64,000 bases of DNA from Cyclobacteriaceae bacterium (lineage in GTDB: Bacteria; Bacteroidota; Bacteroidia; Cytophagales; Cyclobacteriaceae). This document shows positions 38,348 to 47,872 of the stretch, piece by piece; positions within the stretch are counted from its first letter, which is position 1, and each line of letters opens with the position of its first letter. The DNA is taken from NCBI GenBank assembly GCA_965212195.1, contig CBDBUW010000012.1, positions 193,566 through 257,565 of the forward strand. Direction: 5' to 3'. The notes beneath the pieces are model-generated. The model did not search any database and had not been told where the DNA came from. It worked only from the letters and a program-made list of their open reading frames with translations. Both the position numbers and the translations under genes were made by a program.

Positions 38348-39237
38348 GGCACTATGGTATTTTTTGGAAGTCTTATTTTCAAGGCTGCAGGCAGTACTTT
38401 AACCTCAAAAGGAGGACTCCCCATATATTCGCCATCAATATGAGCATGTAAAAAATCATTTTGATCAATATGAACTTCCTGGGCTTTATACAATTCCACC
38501 TTCTTCAGTTTATGGTGCGTCCCGCGAGCTAGTTTTGGAACGTGTACCAATCTTTGCCCAATATGGAGATTGCCCACTTCACAGACATCTAAAAAGCCAT
38601 CAAAAAGGTTGGCCTGGGGAGTAAGTCTAAATCCATTACCAAATGTAGTACCGTTGGCTACACATAGCAGCAGCAATCTCTGCTGACGTTCAACATCATC
38701 TACTCTGAATTTGAACTGCTGACTTTTATAGGCTAGCAGATTCCGTAAAACGTGGTAGTAATACTTGCGGGATCCACTTAAGATGTTCTTCTTGAATAGC
38801 AGATCGTAAATAACTTGTCCATCCAGGCCTACGCCTACTCCGTTGATGAACTTTCGTTGGTTACACAAACCCAGGTCAATGGTGTGCACGAGTCCTTCCA
38901 GGGCATTTATTACCTGGTGTTCCAGGGATTGAAAATGGAAATTCTTGGCAAAATCATTGCCGGAGCCGTTTGGGATGAATGAAAATACTAAGTCGGGGTT
39001 ATCAAATCCGTTAATAACTTCGTTCAGTGTGCCATCGCCTCCAATGGCGATGATATCGGTATGATCACGGAGCTGCCGTTTAACCAGCTCAGTGGCATTG
39101 AGGTCAGGCCGGGTATAGAAGAAATCGTGATGGTGTTTGTGTGTATCGAAATAGCGGTTCAGTTCGCTGATAATTTTTCCTAAACGATGCCGTTTTCCGG
39201 TTTGGGGATGAACGATTATCAGATAATTTCTAGGCAT
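38344..39237 (-). CDS. diacylglycerol kinase catalytic-domain lipid kinase (YegS/BmrU-like)
   Basis: It has the IAIGGDGTLNEV motif and NGSGNDFA. The ORF track starts at 39261, overlapping the upstream gene. ATG 39237 (MPRNYLIIVHP) sits 1 nt after the upstream stop. Confidence 0.8.
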   Translation of the reverse strand: MPRNYLIIVHPQTGKRHRLGKIISELNRYFDTHKHHHDFFYTRPDLNATELVKRQLRDHTDIIAIGGDGTLNEVINGFDNPDLVFSFIPNGSGNDFAKNFHFQSLEHQVINALEGLVHTIDLGLCNQRKFINGVGVGLDGQVIYDLLFKKNILSGSRKYYYHVLRNLLAYKSQQFKFRVDDVERQQRLLLLCVANGTTFGNGFRLTPQANLFDGFLDVCEVGNLHIGQRLVHVPKLARGTHHKLKKVELYKAQEVHIDQNDFLHAHIDGEYMGSPPFEVKVLPAALKIRLPKNTIVP

Positions 39238-39238
39238 G

Positions 39239-40270
39239 TTAGGACTTATATGGTTTAACACCTATGGAAAATGCCCGGGCAGGATTATGCACTAAAATCT
39301 GATCGATATCCTGAGAGGTAATTCCTTCCTTTTTTAGTGCGGGGATCAAATATTCGAATACTGCGGTGTAGCCTCTAAATTCTCCGCCGTTTGTTTCACC
39401 GGGAGAGTACCATCCCGCATCATGGGACAGCAAAATGTGATCCAAATATCCGCTTTGCTTAAGATTTAGGATCATATCCACATACTTTGAAGCGTTACTC
39501 AGGCTTACATTATCCAGACTGATCCAAGCTCCTTGGGAGGCCGCTTTACTATAAGTGGAAAGGTCGTCTTCATTTTGTGCATGTGTCCAGATGAATGCCC
39601 GAGGGTGCACATCATTCTCCTTAAGGATCTCGATTTGTTCAAGGGCCGGTTCTGCCAATCCGGTGTGCGAGGCGATAGTCAGTCCTGTCTTTAAGTGGGT
39701 AAGCGCAGCCGCCTTAATAAGTTTTTTGTGAAATTCTGAAAGGGGACCCGGGCTTACCCCGGTTTTAATGAATCCCGGTCTTATATTGGTGCTCTGCATA
39801 CCAAATTCGAAATCTTTAATCCAACGGTCGGCCAATTGAGTAGCGGATTCTTGGTAGGCGTGCTTGGGAATATGCCTGTTGTTATTGGCTCCGTAGTAAC
39901 CGGTATTGGTGACTATATGCATATCGGTAACGGAAGCTAACTTCTTTAATAACTTCACGTCTTTGCCGATAAAACTGGGAGTAAACTCAAAGAACGTTTT
40001 GCATCCATACTTTTTCAGTTCCAATAAATGAGGTATAACTACCTCCAGGACCTCATCATGATCCCACCAAATGTCACCTGCAGCTCCCTGAAAATCCACC
40101 AATACATGTTCATGGGTAAGGGTTAATCCCATATCCGCTGCCTTTACTTTCCCATTAACCGACATGATAGATCCTGCCTTTCCGTTAACAGCGAAACCAT
40201 TTGCTCCCCACATAAAACCTGCTAAGCTCAGCAAGCTGCGCTTAAGGAATATTCTTCGGTTACTGATCAT
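39239..40270 (-). CDS. phosphotriesterase-related (PTE/PHP family) amidohydrolase, Tat-exported
   Basis: 343 aa with the Tat leader MISNRRIFLKRSLLSLAGF. It has the LTHEHVLV H-x-H motif and the HTG, WTHAQ and LLSHDAGW metal-ligand motifs of the PTE family. Confidence 0.8.
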   Translation of the reverse strand: MISNRRIFLKRSLLSLAGFMWGANGFAVNGKAGSIMSVNGKVKAADMGLTLTHEHVLVDFQGAAGDIWWDHDEVLEVVIPHLLELKKYGCKTFFEFTPSFIGKDVKLLKKLASVTDMHIVTNTGYYGANNNRHIPKHAYQESATQLADRWIKDFEFGMQSTNIRPGFIKTGVSPGPLSEFHKKLIKAAALTHLKTGLTIASHTGLAEPALEQIEILKENDVHPRAFIWTHAQNEDDLSTYSKAASQGAWISLDNVSLSNASKYVDMILNLKQSGYLDHILLSHDAGWYSPGETNGGEFRGYTAVFEYLIPALKKEGITSQDIDQILVHNPARAFSIGVKPYKS

Positions 40271-40366
40271 TTTTAGTTTTGAAATAAAAGAGCTAATCCA
40301 ATATAAAGATTTGTAAAGACTTCCACTCCTGGTTAAATTATATCTTGTTCGTTAATCTCTTTGCTT

Positions 40367-41761
40367 ATGAAAAATTCACAAAATAAATCGACCCGCAGAA
40401 CCTTCCTTAACACCCTTGGTTTAAGTGGTCTTAGCTTGGCAGGAATGGCCTTTGCACCCATTGAAGAACAATTGGAATATACCACTCAGAAAGTGAATCG
40501 CAGTTCCAGTCCTTCAGAACTTAAGATCACCGATATGAGGATTGCAGAGATCAGTGGGGTGGTGTTTAGAACGCCTATAGTAAGGATCTATACCAATCAG
40601 GGTATTGTGGGTCACGGCGATGTGAGGGATGGAGCTGCCAAGCAATATGCGTTATTCTTGAAAAGTAGGTTGTTGGGAGAAAACCCCTGTAACGTGGAGC
40701 GTTTGTTCAAAAAGGTCAGTCAGTTTGGTCATCACGGTCGTCAGGGTGGCGGAGTTTCCGGTGTGGAGATGGCGCTTTGGGACATAGTAGGGAAGGCCTA
40801 TGGCGTCCCGGTCTATCAATTGTTAGGAGGGAAGTACCGCGACCAGGTCAGATTGTACTGCGATACCACCATCAGCAAAGATCCGCAGGAGTATGCCCAG
40901 CGCATGCAGGCCAGGATCGATAAAGGGTATACCGCTTTGAAAATGGACATTGGTACTAACTTATTGAAGGATATTCCCGGTACGCTCATCAATGCCCCGG
41001 ACGGGCAGCTCAAACCGTACCAGCATGAGTATCGAGGTTATAACCTCACCAAACACCCCTTCACCCGGGTACAAATAACTGAAAAAGGCGTGAACAAGCT
41101 TTGTGAGTTTTTGGAAGTGATGCGTAACCAAGTAGGCTATGAGATCCCTATGGGCACTGACCATTGGGGCCACTTTGGGGTAAACGAAGCCATTAAAATA
41201 GCCCGTGCCGTGGAGAAGTATAACCTGGCTTATATCGAGGATATCATACCCTGGGAATATACCGATCAATGGAAAGAGATCACGCTTTCCACTACCACAC
41301 CAACCCAAACCGGTGAGGATATCTACCGTTTGGAGGGAGGATTCCAAGAGTTGATTGAAAAGAGGGCGGTGGATATCGTGCACCCCGATCCAAACACAGC
41401 CGGCGGTATTCTGGAAACCAAGCGTATCGGTGATTACGCTTCGGCTCATGGCGTAGGTTTTATGCAGCATCATGCCGCCGGGCCAGTTTCTTTTCTAGGA
41501 GCAGTTCACTCGGCAGCGGCTACCGAGAATTTTATGTGGTTAGAGCATCATGCCGTGGATAATCCGGAATTCGAAGACTTGGTGCAGGGTATAGAAAAAC
41601 CACTGGTGCAGGACGGGTATGTAAAAGTGCCGGAGTCACCAGGATTAGGCGTTGAATTAAATGAAGAAGTGGTTAAAGAGTTTTTGATTAAAGGAGAGAA
41701 ATTATTTGCACCTACTCCGGAGTGGAATGAGATCCGTTCCTGGGACCGACTATGGAGTTAG
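40367..41761 (+). CDS. mandelate racemase/muconate lactonizing enzyme family (enolase superfamily) protein, Tat leader
   Basis: The Tat leader is STRRTFLNTLGLSGLSLAGMAFA. The barrel motifs are ALKMDIG, GTDHWGHF, AYIEDI, TGEDIY and DIVHPDPNTAGGILE. The ORF track starts at TTG 40361, and the first ATG is at 40367. Confidence 0.8.
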   Translation: MKNSQNKSTRRTFLNTLGLSGLSLAGMAFAPIEEQLEYTTQKVNRSSSPSELKITDMRIAEISGVVFRTPIVRIYTNQGIVGHGDVRDGAAKQYALFLKSRLLGENPCNVERLFKKVSQFGHHGRQGGGVSGVEMALWDIVGKAYGVPVYQLLGGKYRDQVRLYCDTTISKDPQEYAQRMQARIDKGYTALKMDIGTNLLKDIPGTLINAPDGQLKPYQHEYRGYNLTKHPFTRVQITEKGVNKLCEFLEVMRNQVGYEIPMGTDHWGHFGVNEAIKIARAVEKYNLAYIEDIIPWEYTDQWKEITLSTTTPTQTGEDIYRLEGGFQELIEKRAVDIVHPDPNTAGGILETKRIGDYASAHGVGFMQHHAAGPVSFLGAVHSAAATENFMWLEHHAVDNPEFEDLVQGIEKPLVQDGYVKVPESPGLGVELNEEVVKEFLIKGEKLFAPTPEWNEIRSWDRLWS

Positions 41762-41810
41762 AAGGCGGCCGTTTGTAAGGTTACCATAACCGGTTTCAAA
41801 TATTAACAGT

Positions 41811-42716
41811 ATGCGCCTCCTCCAGTGTGCGTTTCTTATTATATTTTTCAATCCAGGACTGATAGCTCAGGGGGTTCCCGCCAGTGGTGACTTTCAATTT
41901 ACCATGAAAGCGGAGGCCCGGATATATATTGGCTTTAAGGGCGCTGTGGGATTTTCTGCGAATCTAGCCGCTGGGGTTACCCAGCGATTAGGCAATTTTC
42001 AGTGGGGAGGCACCGCGGCGATCAACCTCTATCAAGGGGGGATCGGTGCAGTACTGTCCTCTCAAAACCGCCAATCCCGGGGCCGTAACCAGTTTAATAC
42101 GGATATAATATTGTCTGGATCAGCCACTTTAGGAGACGGTCGACACGATACCCTGCCATTATTGACTTTCAACCATGCTTATCCGGCTGTGATATTACAA
42201 GGCTATAAAAAGTCTATTACGCATGCACAAAATTTCGTATTTAACTTTAGAGGGCGCCATCAGCGGTTAGGCACTTATGGGATCAAATTGTATAATGTAT
42301 ACTTGCAACTTTACAACGACGTAGATATCTTTTTGGGGGATGCTGATGATCGTTTTTGGACAGGGGGCGGTAGCATTTCGGTTTATCTTACTAATAGTTA
42401 CTATATAACTTTTGGTACTGATGTCTTCACCGGAGAACGCAACCCTTTGCGGAGTTCACATCCGCAAAATCCACCTCGTGGCTATCCTTATGAAGATTAT
42501 GATCAAGCCCCGGGAGATCAGCAACTGAATATTGGCAAGTTATTTCTGCAGTTGAATAGCTTTGAACATAATTTCAATTTTGAAATCTCACGTACAGGAC
42601 GACAGGATATGGCCTTTCAAAATATCATCCATAAGTGGTATGGAACGCCCTATTTTGAGTCATCGGCTGTTAACCAATGGAATGTAGGCCTGGGTATTCA
42701 ACATTATGGTGAGTAA
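41811..42716 (+). CDS. hypothetical secreted protein
   Basis: 301 aa with a signal peptide (FLIIFFNPGLIAQ). It is rich in Gly/Asn/Tyr and beta-rich. No family recognised with confidence. Confidence 0.5.
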   Translation: MRLLQCAFLIIFFNPGLIAQGVPASGDFQFTMKAEARIYIGFKGAVGFSANLAAGVTQRLGNFQWGGTAAINLYQGGIGAVLSSQNRQSRGRNQFNTDIILSGSATLGDGRHDTLPLLTFNHAYPAVILQGYKKSITHAQNFVFNFRGRHQRLGTYGIKLYNVYLQLYNDVDIFLGDADDRFWTGGGSISVYLTNSYYITFGTDVFTGERNPLRSSHPQNPPRGYPYEDYDQAPGDQQLNIGKLFLQLNSFEHNFNFEISRTGRQDMAFQNIIHKWYGTPYFESSAVNQWNVGLGIQHYGE

Positions 42717-42717
42717 T

Positions 42718-43206
42718 ATGAGACTTGTACATATCATATGGTGTTTGTTACTGGCATTGGGATGCTCCCGGGAAATACCACGCAATTTGCAGGATCGCTA
42801 TAGGATTCCCAAGCACTCTTATGAACAACTTTCCCAGGCAAACGGGGTTTGGCAAGGTAAGCAAATTGTAGGAGTGGATTCCGTAGTACTGTATGATTTC
42901 TTTAGGTTTTCCTCCAACGGCCGGGTATTATACAGTTCAGGGATCCCAGAAGACTCCTTATCTTTGCGCTATAATGATTTCTCCAAAGGATCTATGGGTC
43001 GATTCGAACTCACAGATGAGTCGCTGCGCATGGAGATATGGCAAGGGCGTTATGACAAGTTTGTCCAATATCAAGGACATTTTCGGGGAGATAGTCTGAT
43101 CATTACATCATCCCGTCAACGAGGGTTTTTCAAGGCACGTCTGAAAAATTTTCAATTGATCTACATTAAAAGCGAAATTAGCAATCTTCAAGAAATGCCA
43201 GAATAG
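42718..43206 (+). CDS. hypothetical lipoprotein
   Basis: ATG 42718 gives MRLVHIIWCLLLALGCS, a lipobox leader, 1 nt after the upstream stop. The ORF track start at 42706 overlaps that gene. No family recognised. Confidence 0.5.
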   Translation: MRLVHIIWCLLLALGCSREIPRNLQDRYRIPKHSYEQLSQANGVWQGKQIVGVDSVVLYDFFRFSSNGRVLYSSGIPEDSLSLRYNDFSKGSMGRFELTDESLRMEIWQGRYDKFVQYQGHFRGDSLIITSSRQRGFFKARLKNFQLIYIKSEISNLQEMPE

Positions 43207-43245
43207 AAAGGAATTAATAAACTGATATACAGTTGTTTAACATGA

Positions 43246-44886
43246 TCAGACAATTGCCGGCTTAAAATCTTCTTCTTTGAAATGCCTGAACAAGAATTCA
43301 TGGGCATTACCATAAAACAGCTTTTCCAGAACCTCCTCTAGACTCTGTTGGTTCATGATGGTTTCTATTTCCGTCGGGGTCATGACCGCTTCATCCTCGA
43401 TGTGTAAGATGTCCTTTCCTTCCCTCACATATTCTGCCATGGACTGGCGCAAACGTGGGTAGTCTGCAATAGTATCGAACGGATCAAAGGGATCAACAAT
43501 GCCATCGTAGTCGCTGCCTATGGTAATACCACTCCAGTTGCTGCGGTTGGAGATATTATGGGTAGTCTGTAACTGGACCTTTGCCACATGAAAAATATTG
43601 GACCAGAATAGTTTTAAATACAGATCCTTTATCGCTTCTTTTTGGTCCTCCAATTTCTTTTTCTGATGCTTGAAGAGATAACCTGGCATTCTTCCTTCGT
43701 GTAGGCACAGGCCGATCAGGCCATCACTTTTAAAAGTGATGGCAATATCCTCGTTGGTCAGGTTTATACCCCAGCGACTGAAAAAGCTATGGCGATCCAG
43801 TTCCATATTATTGGGTTTGCTTTTTGCCTCCTCTAGAGTCGACCATCCGCTGACCGCTCCGTGACTGTGAATAATGGGGATTGGATCATGGGCATAATCT
43901 TGGCTTAGCATCTGATAGAATTCCTGCCTGGACTGAGGGGACATATGCTTGGTGTCAATCAGTATTCGCTGTCCATTTTGCTTAGAAAGTAAAGCCTTCA
44001 ATACCTTTCGGCCCAACGATGAGATACCCAGTTCCAGACTGGGGCGCTGATCGAAAAGATGCCGTATTCCGGGAGTATAAAACGTCTTGATAAACTTGAT
44101 CCAAGGCGAACGGTCGGATAAACTGGTAGCATGGCCCCCCAGCAAATTATTGAAATGGTGACTGAAGGTTACAAAGAATGGAACAGGCCTTTGGCCGGCA
44201 TTGCTTTTTACTACATCAATGTTTTTTAAGAATGACGATTCAATGATTTGCTGTTGCTGTGGAGCCAGTTGTTCGTAGGGTTTGTCAAAAGGATTGGCAA
44301 AGGCATAATTGCCGAAGGTGTGGGCTCCTTCCACGCTAAATATTCCCACCAGGTTTTTGGGATCCTGGATAAGCTGCTGGTACTCCTGGTAATTGCGCGC
44401 TAATTGGAATCGATAGCCTTCATATTGGGGGTCGTCGGTTTGGTGATTCTTGGGGTCCATCAGGTAATCCAACTCTTCAAGATATTCGGAAAAGTAGTCT
44501 ACCCCTTTGTCCGAAGCTGCTTCATCAATACGTCTTTGGATCTCCGTTTTGGGTATGCCTAATACTGCTTCACCTAGAGTAGAGTATTTTCTTTTAGGTA
44601 ATAAGAACTTAAAGAGCAACTTAAATGGCTTTTGAGGACAAACCTGCATGAAAGGTCTTTCAAAGGGATATATGGAAACAAACAACAGACGGGATTTCCC
44701 GTCGACACAGGCTTTCAAGTTGGTCTGGCTTCCCCTGGCAATAGCCTGTATGGCTTTCTGGATCTGCTTGTTTAAGTCCCCGATAGCGTTGCTGGGTGGG
44801 TAATGGGTCCACATATCGCAGTTCTGGGAATCGGAACTAAAGCCTTTCAGGCTGGGATGACAGTGAAGGTCGGAGTTGAGCTCCAT
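43246..44886 (-). CDS. membrane-dipeptidase (peptidase M19) family amidohydrolase, divergent and enlarged, no leader
   Basis: 546 aa. Motif-by-motif collinearity with renal dipeptidase: DLHCHPS (for DGHND), TNLKACVDGKSRLLFVSIYP, SVEGAH, VTFSHHFNN, LGRKVLKALL..ILIDTKHMS, IIHSHGA, IGSDYDGIVDP..DYPRL. It carries an extra insert of about 100 aa after the first motif. Confidence 0.65.
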   Translation of the reverse strand: MELNSDLHCHPSLKGFSSDSQNCDMWTHYPPSNAIGDLNKQIQKAIQAIARGSQTNLKACVDGKSRLLFVSIYPFERPFMQVCPQKPFKLLFKFLLPKRKYSTLGEAVLGIPKTEIQRRIDEAASDKGVDYFSEYLEELDYLMDPKNHQTDDPQYEGYRFQLARNYQEYQQLIQDPKNLVGIFSVEGAHTFGNYAFANPFDKPYEQLAPQQQQIIESSFLKNIDVVKSNAGQRPVPFFVTFSHHFNNLLGGHATSLSDRSPWIKFIKTFYTPGIRHLFDQRPSLELGISSLGRKVLKALLSKQNGQRILIDTKHMSPQSRQEFYQMLSQDYAHDPIPIIHSHGAVSGWSTLEEAKSKPNNMELDRHSFFSRWGINLTNEDIAITFKSDGLIGLCLHEGRMPGYLFKHQKKKLEDQKEAIKDLYLKLFWSNIFHVAKVQLQTTHNISNRSNWSGITIGSDYDGIVDPFDPFDTIADYPRLRQSMAEYVREGKDILHIEDEAVMTPTEIETIMNQQSLEEVLEKLFYGNAHEFLFRHFKEEDFKPAIV

Positions 44887-44914
44887 AAAATCGATTTGTA
44901 AATCAAGATAAAAA

Positions 44915-46231
44915 TTATTCCATAGACTCCTTTACCTGACCGGTTACTGCTGTCACCAGGGCCGCCGTCAGTCCTCCGCTACCAGCAAAGATAGCCGCCT
45001 TAACACTGCTCATGTCCAGTTGTCCACCTAGCAGGTAATCAATAACAAAGGGCAAACCCGCGGAGAGTACCGCTACTATAAGGGCGGCTCCCAGCTTGCG
45101 GAAGTTCTGCAACACCACGGCAAACAGATAAAAGCTCAATACCACACCAATACCGGCGATCAGCACACCATAAACAATGGTAAGGTTATAATCTTTCAGG
45201 GTCCGGGCATATTCCGCGTCAATCAGATAGATTATGCCGCAAATGGCCCCGAACAATAGCAGGAGCAATAGAATATCGGAGAGTACCGCTCCGGAAAGTA
45301 GGCGCATCTGATAATTTCGAATGGCTTGATAGAATTTTGGATTTATTTTGACCTTTTTTGGTCTTATTTCAGCACCTTCCAGCTGATCGATATCGTTTTG
45401 AAATCGGTCCCTTACGGATTGGGGAAGTATCAACCCCTGGAAAGTAACGGGGATTGCTGATAGGTTGTTCAATACATACATATACCAAAATCCAGCAAAG
45501 AGTATAGCGATGGCTACACCTATTTGAACACCTGTCAAAAGCTCCATACGTTGAGAAGCAAATAGATATATGATCAACACCATGATAATCCAAAAAATAT
45601 TTTCAATAACATGGGCTACTGCCGTTGATCTTAAGACGGCGCTCATGGAATAGGTGAGTCCGAATTGAGAAGTATCCATAGCATCTTCAATGCTGTACCC
45701 ATTGAATTGCATGTCCAAAATTTCAGTTTTCCAGATGTTCTTCCATTCAGCCTCCATCTCGTCCTCGGTAGCCCCATATCTTAGATTCTGAAAATTACCT
45801 TTCAGAGTATCGTGAAGAATGTGATTGTTGATTTCATTAAAGCGTTGGACTACAGGTTTGTCCTGAGGGGATAATTCAATCTCGATCTGTTGACTTGCTC
45901 CCATTACCGCGGCCATGGTTTGCAGGGGCAGCCCCCCAAGCTGTTCAAAAGTAGGAGGGCCGGAAACCAGACGGGGCCAGAACTTGGCCACCATAACGCC
46001 CAAAAACAGCACTATCCCAGTGGCCACAATGTAAATAAGCACTGACCACCAGTTGTTATCTAATAAGCCTCTCAATTTTTCGGTTAGCGCCCAACTGATC
46101 CACAAACAGTAAATAATGGCAAATAATTGAGTGAGCAGGCTTATTATCCCTAATATCTTGCTGACCGCTATTACAAATTTATCGGCAAAGGGATAGGATC
46201 TTTTTAAAAAAGGGGTTGGTGTCCTTACCAT
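44915..46231 (-). CDS. hypothetical polytopic membrane protein (about 8 TM)
   Basis: 438 aa. Hydrophobic helices lie at roughly residues 20-50, 60-85, 205-225, 232-255, 315-340, 350-375, 380-400 and 412-430, with a soluble loop of about 110 aa in between. It ends 28 nt upstream of the M19-like gene. Confidence 0.6.
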   Translation of the reverse strand: MVRTPTPFLKRSYPFADKFVIAVSKILGIISLLTQLFAIIYCLWISWALTEKLRGLLDNNWWSVLIYIVATGIVLFLGVMVAKFWPRLVSGPPTFEQLGGLPLQTMAAVMGASQQIEIELSPQDKPVVQRFNEINNHILHDTLKGNFQNLRYGATEDEMEAEWKNIWKTEILDMQFNGYSIEDAMDTSQFGLTYSMSAVLRSTAVAHVIENIFWIIMVLIIYLFASQRMELLTGVQIGVAIAILFAGFWYMYVLNNLSAIPVTFQGLILPQSVRDRFQNDIDQLEGAEIRPKKVKINPKFYQAIRNYQMRLLSGAVLSDILLLLLLFGAICGIIYLIDAEYARTLKDYNLTIVYGVLIAGIGVVLSFYLFAVVLQNFRKLGAALIVAVLSAGLPFVIDYLLGGQLDMSSVKAAIFAGSGGLTAALVTAVTGQVKESME

Positions 46232-46360
46232 AGCTAGTTAATTCAATATAAGGATAATATAGTCGTAGGTCAACCCAATGACATTCAAGGTTATGGTAGG
46301 GTCATTTTGTTCAGTGTTGCTGAGGTGAGTGGTTTACTACCTTTAGGAGAAGTCAAGACC

Positions 46361-47320
46361 CTAATTGACCCGGTGGCTGACGGTTTTGCCCTTGAAATAC
46401 TGGACGATATTCTGTGCAGCCAACACTGCCATTTGATCACGGGCCTCTAGGGTTGCCGATCCAATGTGTGGAGTGACCACTACATTTTCCATTCCTAGCA
46501 GGGGATTATTGGGCTTCATGGGTTCAGGATCAGATACATCCAGGCCCGCACCCCAAATCTCTCCTGATTTCAGCGCGGCAATCAGATCCTGTTCTTGATG
46601 TATAGGGCCCCTGGCGGTATTTACGAAAATGGCGCTGGGTTTCATTTGCTCAAAGGCCTGTTTTCCAAAGATCCCTTTGGTTTCGTCGGTTAAGGCGCAA
46701 TGTACCGAAAGTACATCGCTGGAGGTAAGCAGCGTATGGAAATCAACTTTCTTGGCTCCTAGAAGAGTTTCGGCAGCTTTGTTATGGCCTCGGTTGCAAT
46801 AAATAATCCCCATCCCATAAGCTCCCACACACCTCTTAGCCATCTCCAGTCCAATGCGCCCCAATCCATAGATCCCTAAGGTTTTCCCTTTTAATTCCTG
46901 ACCTAGATGGGCTTGGGGTTGAAAAAAACCCCATTGGCCGTTGATTATGGATTTGTGCAAATAGCATAGCTTACGCGATGCCGCCAGCATTAACATAAAG
47001 GAAATATCGGCAGTGGCATCGCTCATTGCTTCCGGAGCATTTCCCACTATTATACCAGCATCGGTTGCAGCTCCAACATCAATATTATCATATCCGGCGC
47101 CGTACTGCGAGATGATTTCCAGGTGTAGGTTATCTTGTATAAAGGCCGCATCGATGTGATCCATGGCCGTACTGAGCAGCCCCTTGCAGGATTTTGCTTT
47201 TTGCGAAAGTTGACCGGGTGTTAATGGTTGCACCTCTTTCCATACTTCCACTTCCAATCCCGCTGCTTCTAACAGATTGATGCCCACTTGAGGTATGTCT
47301 AAAGTCACCAATACTTTCAT
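46361..47320 (-). CDS. D-isomer-specific 2-hydroxyacid dehydrogenase (glyoxylate/hydroxypyruvate reductase-like)
   Basis: It has the GLGRIGLEMAKR NAD motif, the NTARG..VD motif and TPHIGSAT. ATG 47320 (MKVLVTLD) is preferred over the TTG at 47329. Confidence 0.85.
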   Translation of the reverse strand: MKVLVTLDIPQVGINLLEAAGLEVEVWKEVQPLTPGQLSQKAKSCKGLLSTAMDHIDAAFIQDNLHLEIISQYGAGYDNIDVGAATDAGIIVGNAPEAMSDATADISFMLMLAASRKLCYLHKSIINGQWGFFQPQAHLGQELKGKTLGIYGLGRIGLEMAKRCVGAYGMGIIYCNRGHNKAAETLLGAKKVDFHTLLTSSDVLSVHCALTDETKGIFGKQAFEQMKPSAIFVNTARGPIHQEQDLIAALKSGEIWGAGLDVSDPEPMKPNNPLLGMENVVVTPHIGSATLEARDQMAVLAAQNIVQYFKGKTVSHRVN

Positions 47321-47436
47321 TAGAACCAATGTACTACTTTTTTGAAATTAAGTTCTGGCTGTTGATCACTCATTAACTGCGCTGCCCTAAAAAACCGAAA
47401 TCTAGTTGACAATTAGCGGAATTCTACGCTCCTTGT

Positions 47437-47781
47437 ATGGTCTCACCAACCTCACCAGCTGTGAAACAATACCTGGCTCTATTACTGTGTCTTAATTTTT
47501 CTATGGTCTATGCCCAGGTGGTCGCTCCACCCAGCCTGGAGGTGGGCCTTTCTCAGGTTCTAGGTACCAAGGGTACCATAGATATTGAGATTTTGGCAGA
47601 TATAATTGCGGAGAAACAAGGGGAGCTTAAAAAGGAGTTTGTCAAGAGAAGCGTACTCAATCATTTGGAGAACCAGAGTTATGTGGTTTGGGAATACGCT
47701 TATAATTCAATGGACATTCTTGGGATTTCTACGAACCGGTTTTGTCACGGCATCTTAGTCAAAGCACCTTCCGATACATGA
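47437..47781 (+). CDS. hypothetical small secreted protein (possibly a gene remnant)
   Basis: 114-aa ORF with a signal peptide (LALLLCLNFSMVYAQ). No family recognised. Support comes from the ORF and leader only. Confidence 0.35.
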   Translation: MVSPTSPAVKQYLALLLCLNFSMVYAQVVAPPSLEVGLSQVLGTKGTIDIEILADIIAEKQGELKKEFVKRSVLNHLENQSYVVWEYAYNSMDILGISTNRFCHGILVKAPSDT

Positions 47782-47872
47782 GAGGAATTCTGAGACATCC
47801 CGATATGGATGTACAATTGAAGCGTGTGCAATCCCTTATTCCCCCAGAGCGTTAGGTTTTGTATATTTAATC

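Noticed and set aside
40961-41473. 170-aa ORF antisense to the MR/MLE gene
   Set aside because: It is contained within a well-supported CDS on the opposite strand, with no recognisable motifs and no plausible start context.
47437-47872. Possible pseudogene: a short secreted ORF followed by 90 nt of non-coding sequence before gabD
   Set aside because: I could not find a continuing reading frame or recognisable homolog fragments after the stop. It is kept as a low-confidence CDS rather than called a pseudogene.
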